The notes under the pieces are model-generated. The model did no database searches. It worked only from the letters and a program-made list of their open reading frames with translations, and was not told the origin of the DNA. Positions 23,594 to 33,684 of a DNA stretch of 37,822 nt are shown here, piece after piece. Both the position numbers and the translations under genes were made by a program. The stretch's first letter is position 1; every line of letters starts with the position of its first letter. Source of the DNA: a virus (lineage: Duplodnaviria > Caudoviricetes); the IMG/VR virus record IMGVR_UViG_3300038379_000443, positions 1-37,822 of that record; one strand, 5' to 3'.

Positions 23594-26500
23594 TTATACG
23601 TCCCTCAGGATCGCCCACCTGGGCGTCACGGAGAACCGCACCGACATGAAGTAGCCGAACTCGTCGTCCTCGAGGCTTGAGGTCGGGGCGTCAGGGACGA
23701 GGTTCGACGTCGCGACGACGACATCGGTGTTGCCGGGGGGAATCTCAATGAGGGCTCCACCCAATCCTGAGCTCAGTGCGTACCCGGGGGCTCGAGTGTT
23801 CCGACCGCCCTGACCCGCTATGTAATTCTGGACGCTTAGGTGTCCACTGAGGTCCGCATCTACCCTCTTGATGACCTCGACGTTCGCCGAGTAGGGGATG
23901 AGGGCTGTTCCTTTCGGGGGGTCAACACCGGTCTTCGTGACTGCCCGGCGGCGGCCCCCGACGAGCAGGAGCCAGTCGATGTACGCGACGTCAGTCGCTG
24001 TCGAGTAGTACACCTTCACGGTTACCAGATCGACCTGTGGCGTGACACCCGGGTCGCACCAGTCGTGGAGCACCAGCCGGAAGTTCGTGTCGCTGAACTC
24101 CGTGTCGACCCATGATCGCCCCCAGAGGTCTTCGGGGCCGCCGACGACGTACTCACCCAACACTATGTCGAGGTTCCCTTCTGTGACTGACCGTGCGGTG
24201 GTGACGGTAGTTCCCGTGTCCCAGGAGAGTTGGATCCCGATGTCCCCTCCCCCCGCGGCACTCTGTTTCGCCGTCACCCGCACCTCAATCCCGGCGATTG
24301 TCGCACCGCCCGGCAGGCCGAAGGCGTACGTCTTCCACCGGTAGTTGTTGCCGAGTGCAGCCGGTGTGGTGTAGGCGGCGTCCAAGGCGTTGGCATTGGT
24401 GGGGTTCGCCCACGTCCCGAGCGTATGAGCCTCGCTACCACCGGATGTCTTCGCGGCGGTGCTCGTCAACGACCCGGGGACATAATCGAGCTTCGCCTGG
24501 ACGACGTAGTTCGACTCGTCGTTCCGGACCGGGATCGGCAGCGTCCCGAACCGTATGATCCGGCTCTTGAGCCCCACTCCTTGCGGAGTGACGATCGGCC
24601 GGCCCGCTTCGCCATGCTCCAGCGACCACGTGTACGGCGAGAAATACGACTCCCCGGTGTCGGGATTCTGCATGTTGAGGTACGGCCTGACGTTCGCCTT
24701 CGCCCGGATCGATGTGAACGACCCGCCGAGACGCAACCGCCCCCACACTTCGACGAGTGCGGTGTCGGCACCGTCGTCGTCCGGTGTGATGACGTTCGGG
24801 TCTACGCGTGCGACGGCGGATGTACGCACCATCGACCCTGCGGACGCCGCGGAGTCTGCCGTCACCGGGTAGAACACTTGGGAGCCGTTCTCCGCCTCGA
24901 GGACCCCGAACGGTGCGACGCCGCCGCGTCCCTCGATCTGCGACGGCAACGTCGGAGCGGTCGTCCCCTCATAGACCTGCTCGCCGTCGACCTCGAAGAC
25001 GTCCGCTGCCCCAGACGTTCGACGGATCACGGTGATATGCGCATCCGCCCGGTCGGCGGTCGGTGTCCACGCCACCGTGACGAGTTGCCAGCCGGAGGAG
25101 AGAGCGACGTTCGACCCGGTCGCGACATCATTGGCGGCGCTGTTCCCAACCCTCGCAGCGACGTTCGCCGTTGAGCCGGACGGTGCTTTCACCCACGCCC
25201 GGAATGTGTACGTGTGGCCCTGACGGAACCTCCTCCACACCCGGCGTGACGCACCGGAGTCGGCGTTGCCGGACACGGCGGTGACCCTGAGTGCGTTCGC
25301 CGCCCACTTCGGTGGGGTTGCCGCTTCGGAGGTGATGGACGTCGCGTCGGCGTTGATGTTCGTCACCGCCGCGATCGCCCAGCCGCGTGTCCCATTTGCG
25401 CCGAACTCGTCGCTCGTGTCGACGAGGTTCACGGCGGGGGCGGCTGGCATCCACCCGACGATGGCGAACTGTTGCGATCCGCGGTCCGTCGCGGTCAACG
25501 TCACATCGACAAGGGCGGGTGCGTCGCCAGGTACCCCGTTCAGCCGGAACACTTCGGGGAGGCTGGTCCGCCGGTATGTGTATGGCGTGACCTCGAACTG
25601 GTAGATGGCGGCATCAGTGTCTTGCGGCGTCCAGACGATCCCGCCACGCCCGGCCTGCTCAGCGCCGAACGTCGCCTGCTCCCCAGTCGTCAACGTGTAC
25701 GTCACCGTCGTCGCAGAGACGTCACGGACGTCCTTTAGCTGGCCGAAATGATATTCGGCGATCACCTTGTTCCGCTCGATGCGGCCCCGGACGATCCCGA
25801 GGGTCCCGTTGGAGATCCGGGACACGTTGATCGACCCGATGTTCGTGCGAGATCCCCCGATGATCTTGTCGAGTCTGATGCGGCTGTTCGTGCCGTTGTC
25901 GTCGACGTACGCCTCGAAGTAGTTCGACGCGTCGACCCGTTTGATGATGCAGCCCGCCTTGAAGCTCGAGATGGTTGCCCCGGGGGCGAACGAGACCGTC
26001 ACCTGGTGGTCGGAGTACGTGTACCCGAGTGCGGTGTGGATCAGCCGGTTCTCCGTCGTCAAGTTCGCGACGGCGTCGAGGGCGCCGCCGGTGACCGTGA
26101 CGTTCGCCGGGGCGCCGGCGTCGAACGTGTAGTCCGCGAGGGTGTCGACGGTGAACTGGTCGTCGATGTCGAGGGGGTCGCCGAGCGCGTACGGGGCGAA
26201 CTGGGCGGGGAGCGTGACGGTCGCGACGTCACGGTTCGTGAGCTGCGGCGTCCACTGCGGTATCGCGCCTTCCGTGCCGAGCACGTCGAGGTGCTGCCGG
26301 TACGTCTGACCGTGGTCGCGGCGTGTGACGCGCCCGCCGAACCGGCGGATCAGGTCCCACTGCTCGTGCAGAGCGCTCAACCGGGCGGCGACGTTGTCTT
26401 TCGCCGACCCGTAGATCCGGATGACGATCCGCCCTTCACGGTTCCTGAGCTGCTGCCCGGCGGACCGCCGCCCCAGGGTGCCGCGCGGCCCGCTGAACGA

Positions 26501-26635
26501 CTGCTCCCACAGCGCGGCACCCCAGTCCGATTCGAACGTGACGATCGTCGGGTTCGCCCCCGGGGCGGCGGCGGTGATCAACTCGAGCTTCGTCCGGGCC
26601 GGGTCGTACGCCTCGAGGGCGAGGTACGCGCTCAC
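23594..26635 (-). CDS. Large distal-tail (Dit)-like protein with inserted carbohydrate-binding modules
   Basis: First gene after the tape measure; CBM4/9-like GHTYTFRAWVK...GWQLVTV; ends VTPRW. Confidence 0.72.
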   Translation of the reverse strand: MSAYLALEAYDPARTKLELITAAAPGANPTIVTFESDWGAALWEQSFSGPRGTLGRRSAGQQLRNREGRIVIRIYGSAKDNVAARLSALHEQWDLIRRFGGRVTRRDHGQTYRQHLDVLGTEGAIPQWTPQLTNRDVATVTLPAQFAPYALGDPLDIDDQFTVDTLADYTFDAGAPANVTVTGGALDAVANLTTENRLIHTALGYTYSDHQVTVSFAPGATISSFKAGCIIKRVDASNYFEAYVDDNGTNSRIRLDKIIGGSRTNIGSINVSRISNGTLGIVRGRIERNKVIAEYHFGQLKDVRDVSATTVTYTLTTGEQATFGAEQAGRGGIVWTPQDTDAAIYQFEVTPYTYRRTSLPEVFRLNGVPGDAPALVDVTLTATDRGSQQFAIVGWMPAAPAVNLVDTSDEFGANGTRGWAIAAVTNINADATSITSEAATPPKWAANALRVTAVSGNADSGASRRVWRRFRQGHTYTFRAWVKAPSGSTANVAARVGNSAANDVATGSNVALSSGWQLVTVAWTPTADRADAHITVIRRTSGAADVFEVDGEQVYEGTTAPTLPSQIEGRGGVAPFGVLEAENGSQVFYPVTADSAASAGSMVRTSAVARVDPNVITPDDDGADTALVEVWGRLRLGGSFTSIRAKANVRPYLNMQNPDTGESYFSPYTWSLEHGEAGRPIVTPQGVGLKSRIIRFGTLPIPVRNDESNYVVQAKLDYVPGSLTSTAAKTSGGSEAHTLGTWANPTNANALDAAYTTPAALGNNYRWKTYAFGLPGGATIAGIEVRVTAKQSAAGGGDIGIQLSWDTGTTVTTARSVTEGNLDIVLGEYVVGGPEDLWGRSWVDTEFSDTNFRLVLHDWCDPGVTPQVDLVTVKVYYSTATDVAYIDWLLLVGGRRRAVTKTGVDPPKGTALIPYSANVEVIKRVDADLSGHLSVQNYIAGQGGRNTRAPGYALSSGLGGALIEIPPGNTDVVVATSNLVPDAPTSSLEDDEFGYFMSVRFSVTPRWAILRDV

Positions 26636-29600
26636 GGACCCACCGCCGTCACCGTCGCCGTGCGTGGCGCCTGCGCAGCGCCGGCGCGGGCGATCTCAGC
26701 GATCGTCCGTGTCGCGACCTGCGGGTCGCCGAGCGTCAACGCCTGAATCTGGAACAGGTTCAGGGTCCCGCCGGCGGCCTGCCACGCCGAGAGGCCGCCG
26801 CCGCTGAGGTCCCCGGGGCTGAGCGCGGCGGTGAGGAACTGCTCGAGGGAACGGGTCGCGTTCGCGGCGACCTGTGCACGCTGGTTCGCCTGCTCGAGCT
26901 GCGCCTGCAACACCGCTTCCTGGTCGGCAGTGAGCGACCCGTCGGTCTGCACCGTGCCGGCCGAGTCGCCCGGCAGGCCCGTTTCCTGGCGGTCCTCCGC
27001 CTCCTGCACCCCCAGGTCGAACAACTGCGCGTCGACCTCGCCGAGCCACGCGTTCCACTTGTCGCGCGCGGCGTTCAGCTCCGCGATCTTCTTCTGCAAC
27101 GCGACGACCGCCTGCTTCTCCCCACGCTTCACACCACCGAGGTACAGCTGGCGGAGCCGCCCGATGGCCTGGCCGCGTTCCTGCACGAGCCTGTCGCGGT
27201 TGCGGATCGCGACGTCGCGCTGCCCCGTCCACCACTGGATCTCCGCGGCGCGCCGCGCATCGTCCGCCGCTTCCCGCGCCGCCTCCGGGCCGGCGCCGGA
27301 CGCGAGTACCTTCGACCCCGCCGACACAGCGGCCGATCGTACGGCCTGCTGCCCGGCGTCGCTCATCCCTGACGGCGCCTCCGCGCCGACGTCGATCCCG
27401 CCGAGGGACCGGCGGGTGATCGCACGGGAGAGCCGCTGCAGCGGTGTCGGCTGGTCCGGGGTGCCTTCCGGCCCGAGATCACCTGTCGCTTCGTCGGTGA
27501 GGTTCTCGAGGCCCGGTGGGACGCGCAGCGCCTCCCACGCGCTGTCCCCGGTCTTGACGGTCCGGGCGCCACGGCCGCCGGCGCTGAACCATGTCCCCGC
27601 GACACGGATCCCCATGTGCTGCTTGCGCGGATCGTTCGACGACATCCCCCGGAACCCGAACACGACCGGTTCGCCACCGCGCGCCGCCCTCGACCTCGGG
27701 TAGAGGGTCATCGTCGTCCCGATCCCACCGCGGTACCCGGGGACGCGGGCCGCGACGTTCGATGCGAATCCGCTGCAGTCCCACCCGCGGTGGTCCCCGA
27801 AGCTGTGCCCGCCGCCCCACACGTACGGTTCCCCGACCTGCGCCCGGGCGAACTTCACGGCACCTTCGACGACACCACCAGTCGCGAAGCCTGTGCCGCC
27901 GACGACTCCGCCGGTCGCCGCGAGGGCTTGCCGGACACTCATACCTAAGTCGACGAGGTGGACCTGGTGCGGGGTGAGAAACGTTTCCCCGGACGCCGCG
28001 GCGATCAACATGTTGTCCCGGCCGTTGTATGTCCCCGGCAGGACGCCGCCGCGGGCGCGGCTAACACCGGAGTCGTCTCCGCGGCGTTGCGCTCCGCCGA
28101 CGGCGGCGATCGCTTCGGCAGCGCGGCGGCGCATCGTGTCGAGCACCCGATTGATCCGTTCGAGGTTCGGGACTGACTGGTCGGCTGCGCGACGAGTCGC
28201 CTCAGGGAGCTCCCCGAACTTCTTCGTGAGGTCGCCGACGAGGCGCCTGGCCGTGCCGCGCGGGACCTGACCTTTCCGTTCGAGCTCTGTCGCGAACCGG
28301 ACCATCGTGTCCGACGCGATGTTCCGGGCGACCGGAGTCATGAACCCGAGCTCGCGGGTGGCGTCCGCCGCGATCTTCTGCCACTCCTTCCGGGGGTTGC
28401 CGCGCGCGATCGCGGTCTGTACCCGGTTCATCAACGTGTCGACCTGGATGAGGGCGCTGTCGGCCTGACCTTTCATGTCGAACGGGTTACGACGCCGCCA
28501 CTCCGCCTTGAACGCCTCCGCGCCCTGCCGAGCCGCCTCAACCAACCGATTCCTCATACGCAGAATCGACCGTTGCTCGTCCGCCTTGGATTCGAAGAAC
28601 GCCCCGCCGATCTCCGTCTCATCGGTCAGCTTGTTCAACGCGGCGCCGCCGAGCGCGAGCGCACCGATCGCGCCGGCGCCGCGCATCGCGATCGCGCCGG
28701 CGCCGAGCGCCCCAGCCGCCCTGCTGACCTTCCCAGCAGCGCCGCCAACACCACCACCGCCGCTGCCGGGGAGGTTGTTGACGACGAAGACGGGGACGGG
28801 TGCGGCTTTGCTGGCGACCGTCCCGGCGGCGCCGGCGCCGAGGGCTTTCCCGGCGCCTGCGCCGACGAGGCGAAACGCCGGGCCGAACTTCGCGAGCAGG
28901 AGCGCGCCGAGGGCGACCTTCCCTTCCCACGGGGCGTCGGCCATCGCGTTGATGATCGCCCGGGGTGCATTCGCCCCGACGAACGCGAACCCCTCCAGGA
29001 TCGCCGACCGGGCGCGGTCAGGGAGGCCGGTCGCTTGGATCTCGTCCCATGACCGTTCGAACTTCGTGCCGAGGTCGAGGTTCTTGTCGCTGAAGATGTC
29101 GCCGATACGGTCCGCGGCCCGGTCGAGTTGGGGGAGGACGTTGGCTTCGATCTTCGCGGCGACGTCTGAGATGACGGGGAGGGTGCCCTTCCCGATCGTC
29201 TCCTGAAGGTTCTCCCACCCGACTCTGAGTCCGTCGAGGCGTCCGGCGGCCTGGCGGCCCTGCGTCTCGGCCTGCCCGGCGAACTGCTGCCTGAGGACCG
29301 CGAGGGCCTGCTCCTTCGTCTTGATGTCGTCCGTCGCGATGCCGAGGGACTTCAACGCCCGGAAGTTCCCGGTGTTGATCTTGAGGACCATCGCGGCGGC
29401 GCGTTCGAGCTCGATCTGCCGGCCGCGGCTGAGGTTCGCGGCGTCAGCGTTCAGGGTGAGTGCCTCGTTGATGTCCTTCGTCTGCCGGACGAAGTTCGCG
29501 AACGTGCCGGCGAGGGCCTCGTCGTCCATCTTGAACAGCCGTGACTGAGCGTCGATCGCTTTCTCGATCGCGCCGGCGTTGCGGTCCCACGAGATCCCGG

Positions 29601-29871
29601 CGGCGTCGACCATCCGTTTCACGCGGGCCATTGCGGCGTCCGCTTCGAGCGCTGCCTTCACGCTCGAGGTGCCGAACCGGACGGCGGCGGCCGACAAGCC
29701 CGTCACGGCGGCGGTGGCGGCGAGCGCACCGATTCGCAGCCCGCCGAGGCTCTTTCGACCTACTGCGTCGAGGCGGTCGAGGGACCCCTCAGAGCGACGA
29801 ATGCTGGACCTGAGTCCGGACTCGTCACCGTCGATGTCGACGGTGGCGGCCCCTCCGCGGCGCCTAGCCAC
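26632..29871 (-). CDS. Tape measure protein with NlpC/P60 peptidase domain
   Basis: 1079-aa Ala-rich helical protein after the chaperones; GEPYVWGG...DCSG...HMGI. Confidence 0.92.
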   Translation of the reverse strand: MARRRGGAATVDIDGDESGLRSSIRRSEGSLDRLDAVGRKSLGGLRIGALAATAAVTGLSAAAVRFGTSSVKAALEADAAMARVKRMVDAAGISWDRNAGAIEKAIDAQSRLFKMDDEALAGTFANFVRQTKDINEALTLNADAANLSRGRQIELERAAAMVLKINTGNFRALKSLGIATDDIKTKEQALAVLRQQFAGQAETQGRQAAGRLDGLRVGWENLQETIGKGTLPVISDVAAKIEANVLPQLDRAADRIGDIFSDKNLDLGTKFERSWDEIQATGLPDRARSAILEGFAFVGANAPRAIINAMADAPWEGKVALGALLLAKFGPAFRLVGAGAGKALGAGAAGTVASKAAPVPVFVVNNLPGSGGGGVGGAAGKVSRAAGALGAGAIAMRGAGAIGALALGGAALNKLTDETEIGGAFFESKADEQRSILRMRNRLVEAARQGAEAFKAEWRRRNPFDMKGQADSALIQVDTLMNRVQTAIARGNPRKEWQKIAADATRELGFMTPVARNIASDTMVRFATELERKGQVPRGTARRLVGDLTKKFGELPEATRRAADQSVPNLERINRVLDTMRRRAAEAIAAVGGAQRRGDDSGVSRARGGVLPGTYNGRDNMLIAAASGETFLTPHQVHLVDLGMSVRQALAATGGVVGGTGFATGGVVEGAVKFARAQVGEPYVWGGGHSFGDHRGWDCSGFASNVAARVPGYRGGIGTTMTLYPRSRAARGGEPVVFGFRGMSSNDPRKQHMGIRVAGTWFSAGGRGARTVKTGDSAWEALRVPPGLENLTDEATGDLGPEGTPDQPTPLQRLSRAITRRSLGGIDVGAEAPSGMSDAGQQAVRSAAVSAGSKVLASGAGPEAAREAADDARRAAEIQWWTGQRDVAIRNRDRLVQERGQAIGRLRQLYLGGVKRGEKQAVVALQKKIAELNAARDKWNAWLGEVDAQLFDLGVQEAEDRQETGLPGDSAGTVQTDGSLTADQEAVLQAQLEQANQRAQVAANATRSLEQFLTAALSPGDLSGGGLSAWQAAGGTLNLFQIQALTLGDPQVATRTIAEIARAGAAQAPRTATVTAVGP

Positions 29872-30030
29872 CGTCTGCCTCCTGGCGGGCGGCGTAAACG
29901 GCGTCGATGATGATGGCGACCTGGTCCGGGGTAAGGTTCATCGCGGCGTCCCACGGGACTCCGTGTTCGAGTGCGCGACCCACGGCGGCTAGGGCGTCCC
30001 GCTCCCCTGGTCCGACGGGGGCTTCGTAGG
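29864..30030 (-). CDS. Tail assembly chaperone -1 frameshift extension (gpGT-like)
   Basis: The -1 frame is open from about 30030 to TAG 29864: YEAPVGPGERDALAAVGRALEHGVPWDAAMNLTPDQVAIIIDAVYAARQEADGG. Confidence 0.7.
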
Positions 30031-30414
30031 GCGGTTGAGTTCCTCGACGACACGGTCGAGGTCTTCCGCGTCGAGATGCTCGAGGAGGAAGTCGACGTCG
30101 GGCCGCGGGACGAGGCGGACGGCAATCAGGTCGACGCGGGATTTGAAGTGCTCGACAGCTGCGGCGTTCGTGCGTTCCCGCAGTTCCCGGCGCTTCCGCT
30201 TCAACTCGTCGAGGCGGGCGAGGTCGTAATCGCCTTCGGCGTCGGCGAGGGCGAACATCGCCGCTTCGGCGTGGTCGAGTTGGCCGCGCAGTCCGATGAC
30301 CTCGTCGCGGAGGGCGTCAACCTTGTCCTGCAGTGGTGAGAGCTCGAGGAGCTGCTTGAACGTCTGCCGGGCCGGGGTGAACGTGTCCGGCCCGATCTTG
30401 ATCTCGTCGCTCAT
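29989..30414 (-). CDS. Tail assembly chaperone (gpG-like)
   Basis: 3' part of ORF 29989..31863 from MSDEIKIG; ATGA overlap with the major tail gene; lies between major tail and tape measure. Confidence 0.8.
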   Translation of the reverse strand: MSDEIKIGPDTFTPARQTFKQLLELSPLQDKVDALRDEVIGLRGQLDHAEAAMFALADAEGDYDLARLDELKRKRRELRERTNAAAVEHFKSRVDLIAVRLVPRPDVDFLLEHLDAEDLDRVVEELNRPTKPPSDQGSGTP

Positions 30415-31796
30415 ACGTAGGTCTCCAGTGCGGTGACCCCGGACAGGAGGGTGATCCGGAAGTCGTACCCGGCTGATTCGCTGTACGCGCTCGAGAATTC
30501 CCAGCTCGCGCCGTGGCGGCGCATGTTCTTGAGGCCCTCCGGGCCGCCGCCGACGAGTTGCGCCGCGGCCATCTCGATCCACATCCGGTAGTACGCGCCG
30601 GACGTCGAGATCTTCGTGTCGCCGAGGTAGTCGGCCGTCGCGGTGAACGGACCGGCGGACATCATCGCGTCCCAGTCCTGGTCGTCGAACTGGTGGGCGG
30701 TGAGGTTCCCGGTGAGCCGGACGATCCCGCCGTCCTGGCCGGCGTACTGCAGCAGCGTCGGGAAGTCGCTGCGGATCCCGTGGTGGCCCTTCGCTTCGAT
30801 CGGGTTCGCGAGGTTGAAACCGAACGACCCGGTCTCGACGTTCGCACCGCCGGACAGCCACGTCAGCAGCAGCCGTGGTGCGCGGAGGGGGATGATGGTG
30901 CTCGTGTCGAGGGCGGCGGAGACGCCGGGGTCGGAGATCTCGTCGAGGAACAACCCGAGCATGTCGACGCTGAAGTCCATGCTCCCGGGGAGGGCGACCT
31001 GCGTGACACCGTACCCCTGCCCCTGCAGGAACATGCTGACGTCGTCGTAGCTGATCTGGATGTCGGCGCTCTTCGGTGTCGCGCCGGCGCGCTTGGCGTA
31101 CTGGATGCGGGTCGCACCCGTCGGGATGCCGTTTCCGTCCGGGTCGAGGACCGCGCCGGCGGCACCGGTCTGCGTCTTCGCGACGCTGACGGTGGGGGTC
31201 GTCCCGGTGAGGCCTGTCGCGTTGCCGGTGAGTGTCGTGAGGACCTTCGCGGCGTGCAACCCGACGAACTTCACGACGATCGGGGTGGCGGGCAGCGGGC
31301 CGCCGGTGCACTCGACGTTCCCGCGGCCGAACGTCGCCGCGGTCGGGGCGACGGACGTCCCCTCGAGGATCTCCTGCATCTGCGCGGCGGTCGCGTTCCA
31401 CGGGATCGGGTTGCTCGTGATCGTCAACGTCGGGCTCGTGACGGTGAACGTCCCGCCCGTCCACGTGCCGCCCTGGCTGACGGTGTTGTGCTCGTTCGTG
31501 CCGGCGCCGGCTGCGACGGTCCCGTCGAGCCCTGCGAGGTGCAGGAACGGGGCGATCTGGTTGATGTACGACCGCATCCGGATGTTCCCGGACGGGGCGT
31601 ACCGGTCGAGGAACTGGGCGGTGGGGGAGAGGTTGTTGCGGATCTCGTCGTTGCGGTCCATGTATGACGGGTTCGGGACGAGGAGACCTTCGACACCGGG
31701 GATCCAGTGCGACACCGTCGAGATCCGGTATGGCGTCGTCGACGGCGCGGACTCGTACCGGGGGGTCTCCTCCATCCGGAGTCTGATCTTGCCCAT
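30411..31796 (-). CDS. Major tail tube protein with an internal inserted domain
   Basis: Position; SD GAGGAGG; insert GGTFTV...PIPWNATAA...VECTGGPLP...VKFVG. Confidence 0.8.
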   Translation of the reverse strand: MGKIRLRMEETPRYESAPSTTPYRISTVSHWIPGVEGLLVPNPSYMDRNDEIRNNLSPTAQFLDRYAPSGNIRMRSYINQIAPFLHLAGLDGTVAAGAGTNEHNTVSQGGTWTGGTFTVTSPTLTITSNPIPWNATAAQMQEILEGTSVAPTAATFGRGNVECTGGPLPATPIVVKFVGLHAAKVLTTLTGNATGLTGTTPTVSVAKTQTGAAGAVLDPDGNGIPTGATRIQYAKRAGATPKSADIQISYDDVSMFLQGQGYGVTQVALPGSMDFSVDMLGLFLDEISDPGVSAALDTSTIIPLRAPRLLLTWLSGGANVETGSFGFNLANPIEAKGHHGIRSDFPTLLQYAGQDGGIVRLTGNLTAHQFDDQDWDAMMSAGPFTATADYLGDTKISTSGAYYRMWIEMAAAQLVGGGPEGLKNMRRHGASWEFSSAYSESAGYDFRITLLSGVTALETYV

Positions 31797-32020
31797 CAGG
31801 CGTCCTCCTCACTCGTGGTCGCCTCAGCGGGCGGCTCATTGCTGGTCTCAGCCGCCGGCCCATCTGGCTCGGCGGGCTTGCCCGTCCGGGCGGGGCGGCT
31901 GCGCTTCCGTCTCACCGGTTCGACGGCGGGTGGCTGGTGAAGCCCGGGGATGCCGGAGGCTTCGCCGAAGTGGACGACCTCCACCCCGGGGTGGTCGGTC
32001 AGGTCAGGTGTCTCGGGCAT
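31796..32020 (-). CDS. Small hypothetical protein
   Basis: SD GGGAGG plus ATG 32020; TGATG overlap with the major tail gene. Confidence 0.6.
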   Translation of the reverse strand: MPETPDLTDHPGVEVVHFGEASGIPGLHQPPAVEPVRRKRSRPARTGKPAEPDGPAAETSNEPPAEATTSEEDA

Positions 32021-32069
32021 TGGGTGGTCCTCCCACTCGGCGTTCGTGTGTCGGGGGTGCATCACGGGG

Positions 32070-32531
32070 CTACAGGTCGGGGAGTTGCGCGAGCGCCTCG
32101 AGCTCGAACTCGATGACGATGAGGCGCCTGTTCGCCTGCTCGGTGTTGTAACCGGTGCGCGCCTCGACGAGCTTCACCTCGTCGACCTCACCGGCGAGGG
32201 TTGGTGACGCGTCGATCGCGGCGATCATCTGCCCGACGAGGCGGCGGGCGGCGGTCTGGTCGTTCTTGCGGTCCTGGAGGGCGACGTACGCGGTGCCGTG
32301 GATCGTGAGGAGCCAGTCGTCCTTCCCGAGCTCCGTTTCCGGTTCCCGCAGGCCGGTGCGTTCGACGTCGACGACGCCGACCATGATCGCCGGCGGTTTG
32401 AACGCTTCGATGTCGTGGTCGTACACCGTCACGGGTCGCCCCGCGGCGTCAGGCGGGATCGTCGCGAACCGGGCGACGAGTCCGTCGACGACGGCGGTGA
32501 TCTTCGCGGCGGGGTCGAGCTCGGTCGGCAT
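32070..32531 (-). CDS. Tail terminator-like protein
   Basis: Position and size; PPAIMVG and ASPTLAG motifs. Confidence 0.65.
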   Translation of the reverse strand: MPTELDPAAKITAVVDGLVARFATIPPDAAGRPVTVYDHDIEAFKPPAIMVGVVDVERTGLREPETELGKDDWLLTIHGTAYVALQDRKNDQTAARRLVGQMIAAIDASPTLAGEVDEVKLVEARTGYNTEQANRRLIVIEFELEALAQLPDL

Positions 32532-32992
32532 CAGGCGCTGTCCAGTCGCTTCTGGATGATCGCGGGGAGCTCCCGCCTGTACCGGCGGCGTAGTTCACGG
32601 ACGTGTTGGTCGCGGGCCTGCTCCATGAAATGCAGACCCTGGAACGACCGGGGTGTGCGGATCTGCGCGACGAACCGGCCGTCCGGCATGCGGATCGCCT
32701 TCCGCCGCCCGGTTGGCTTCAGCGTCGTCCTGATCGTCCCGCCGAAGTTGAGGTACCCGAGGATCCGGCGGTTCATCCCGCGGGCGTTCGTCGTGAGCCT
32801 CACCCGCGCGGTGGACCGACGGACGATCAGGTGCTGCGACACGATGGACGGGGCGAGGCGGCGGGCGGTCGGAAGGACCCGCGCCCGACCGTGGTCCTCA
32901 GCGATGTCGAGCATGTCGGAACGCAGCTCCCGGCGTGACTGCCGCAATGCCCTGCGGGCATCCTCCGTCCGGGCGCGCACCGTGATCTTCAC
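32531..32992 (-). CDS. Neck / tail completion protein (HK97 gp10-like)
   Basis: Basic protein with YLNFGG...HFMEQA; position. Confidence 0.6.
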   Translation of the reverse strand: MKITVRARTEDARRALRQSRRELRSDMLDIAEDHGRARVLPTARRLAPSIVSQHLIVRRSTARVRLTTNARGMNRRILGYLNFGGTIRTTLKPTGRRKAIRMPDGRFVAQIRTPRSFQGLHFMEQARDQHVRELRRRYRRELPAIIQKRLDSA

Positions 32993-33582
32993 GCCGGCAC
33001 CGTCCAGTCGGTGAGCGGCTCGAGCAGCATCCTCGCTTTGAGCGGCAACCCGCGCGCCTGAGGGAATCCCGGTTCGGTGAGGGCGGGTGCTTCGTTAGTG
33101 ACTGCTTGGGTGCCGCGGAGCCATTCCCTGACGGTCTCGGCGACGGCTTCCCGCACTTGCGGCGGTACGAGCGGGAATCCCCAAGTGCCGGTGACGTGGA
33201 GCTCCCATTCCGGTCGGAGGGTGACGCTCGGCCGGAACGCGAGGGCGGTGATCGGGCGCCAGTCACCGGCGATCAGGTTGCGTGGGACGGTGACGGTTTC
33301 CGCGGTGACGGTGCGGATGAGGTCGCCGTACTCGTTTCGCAGCTCGACGAGGGTCGGCGCAGCGGCGAGGTCGTCGACGGGGACCTCGAGGAGTTCCGCG
33401 CCGCCGGCGACGGGGAACACGCGTGACGTCGCGGCTGTGGCCTTCTCGAATTGGCGGCCGCCGCAGTACTGCTGCGCGGCGTCGCTCGCGGCTTCGATCC
33501 AGTCGATGATCACTTCGTCCCACGCCGTGTCGGTGATGTCGTGGCGACGCTTGATCTCTTCGAGGGTGACGAGCTCAGCCAC
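32989..33582 (-). CDS. Head-tail adaptor (gp6/gp15-like)
   Basis: LVTLEEIK...IEAAS...YCGGRQF...VTGTWGFPLVPPQVREA. Confidence 0.85.
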   Translation of the reverse strand: MAELVTLEEIKRRHDITDTAWDEVIIDWIEAASDAAQQYCGGRQFEKATAATSRVFPVAGGAELLEVPVDDLAAAPTLVELRNEYGDLIRTVTAETVTVPRNLIAGDWRPITALAFRPSVTLRPEWELHVTGTWGFPLVPPQVREAVAETVREWLRGTQAVTNEAPALTEPGFPQARGLPLKARMLLEPLTDWTVPA

Positions 33583-33638
33583 GTGTCTGCTTCTTCACGC
33601 GCGGTCGGGTGATGGCCTGCTTTTTCGGTGGGCGCGGC

Positions 33639-33662
33639 GGCACCGGCGGTTTCGCCGGTGCC
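33639..33662. terminator. Perfect 10-bp hairpin
   Basis: GGCACCGGCG-GTTT-CGCCGGTGCC in an intergenic gap; no U tail on the minus strand. Confidence 0.4.
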
Positions 33663-33684
33663 TGGCGCTTCTCAGGGCGCTTCG

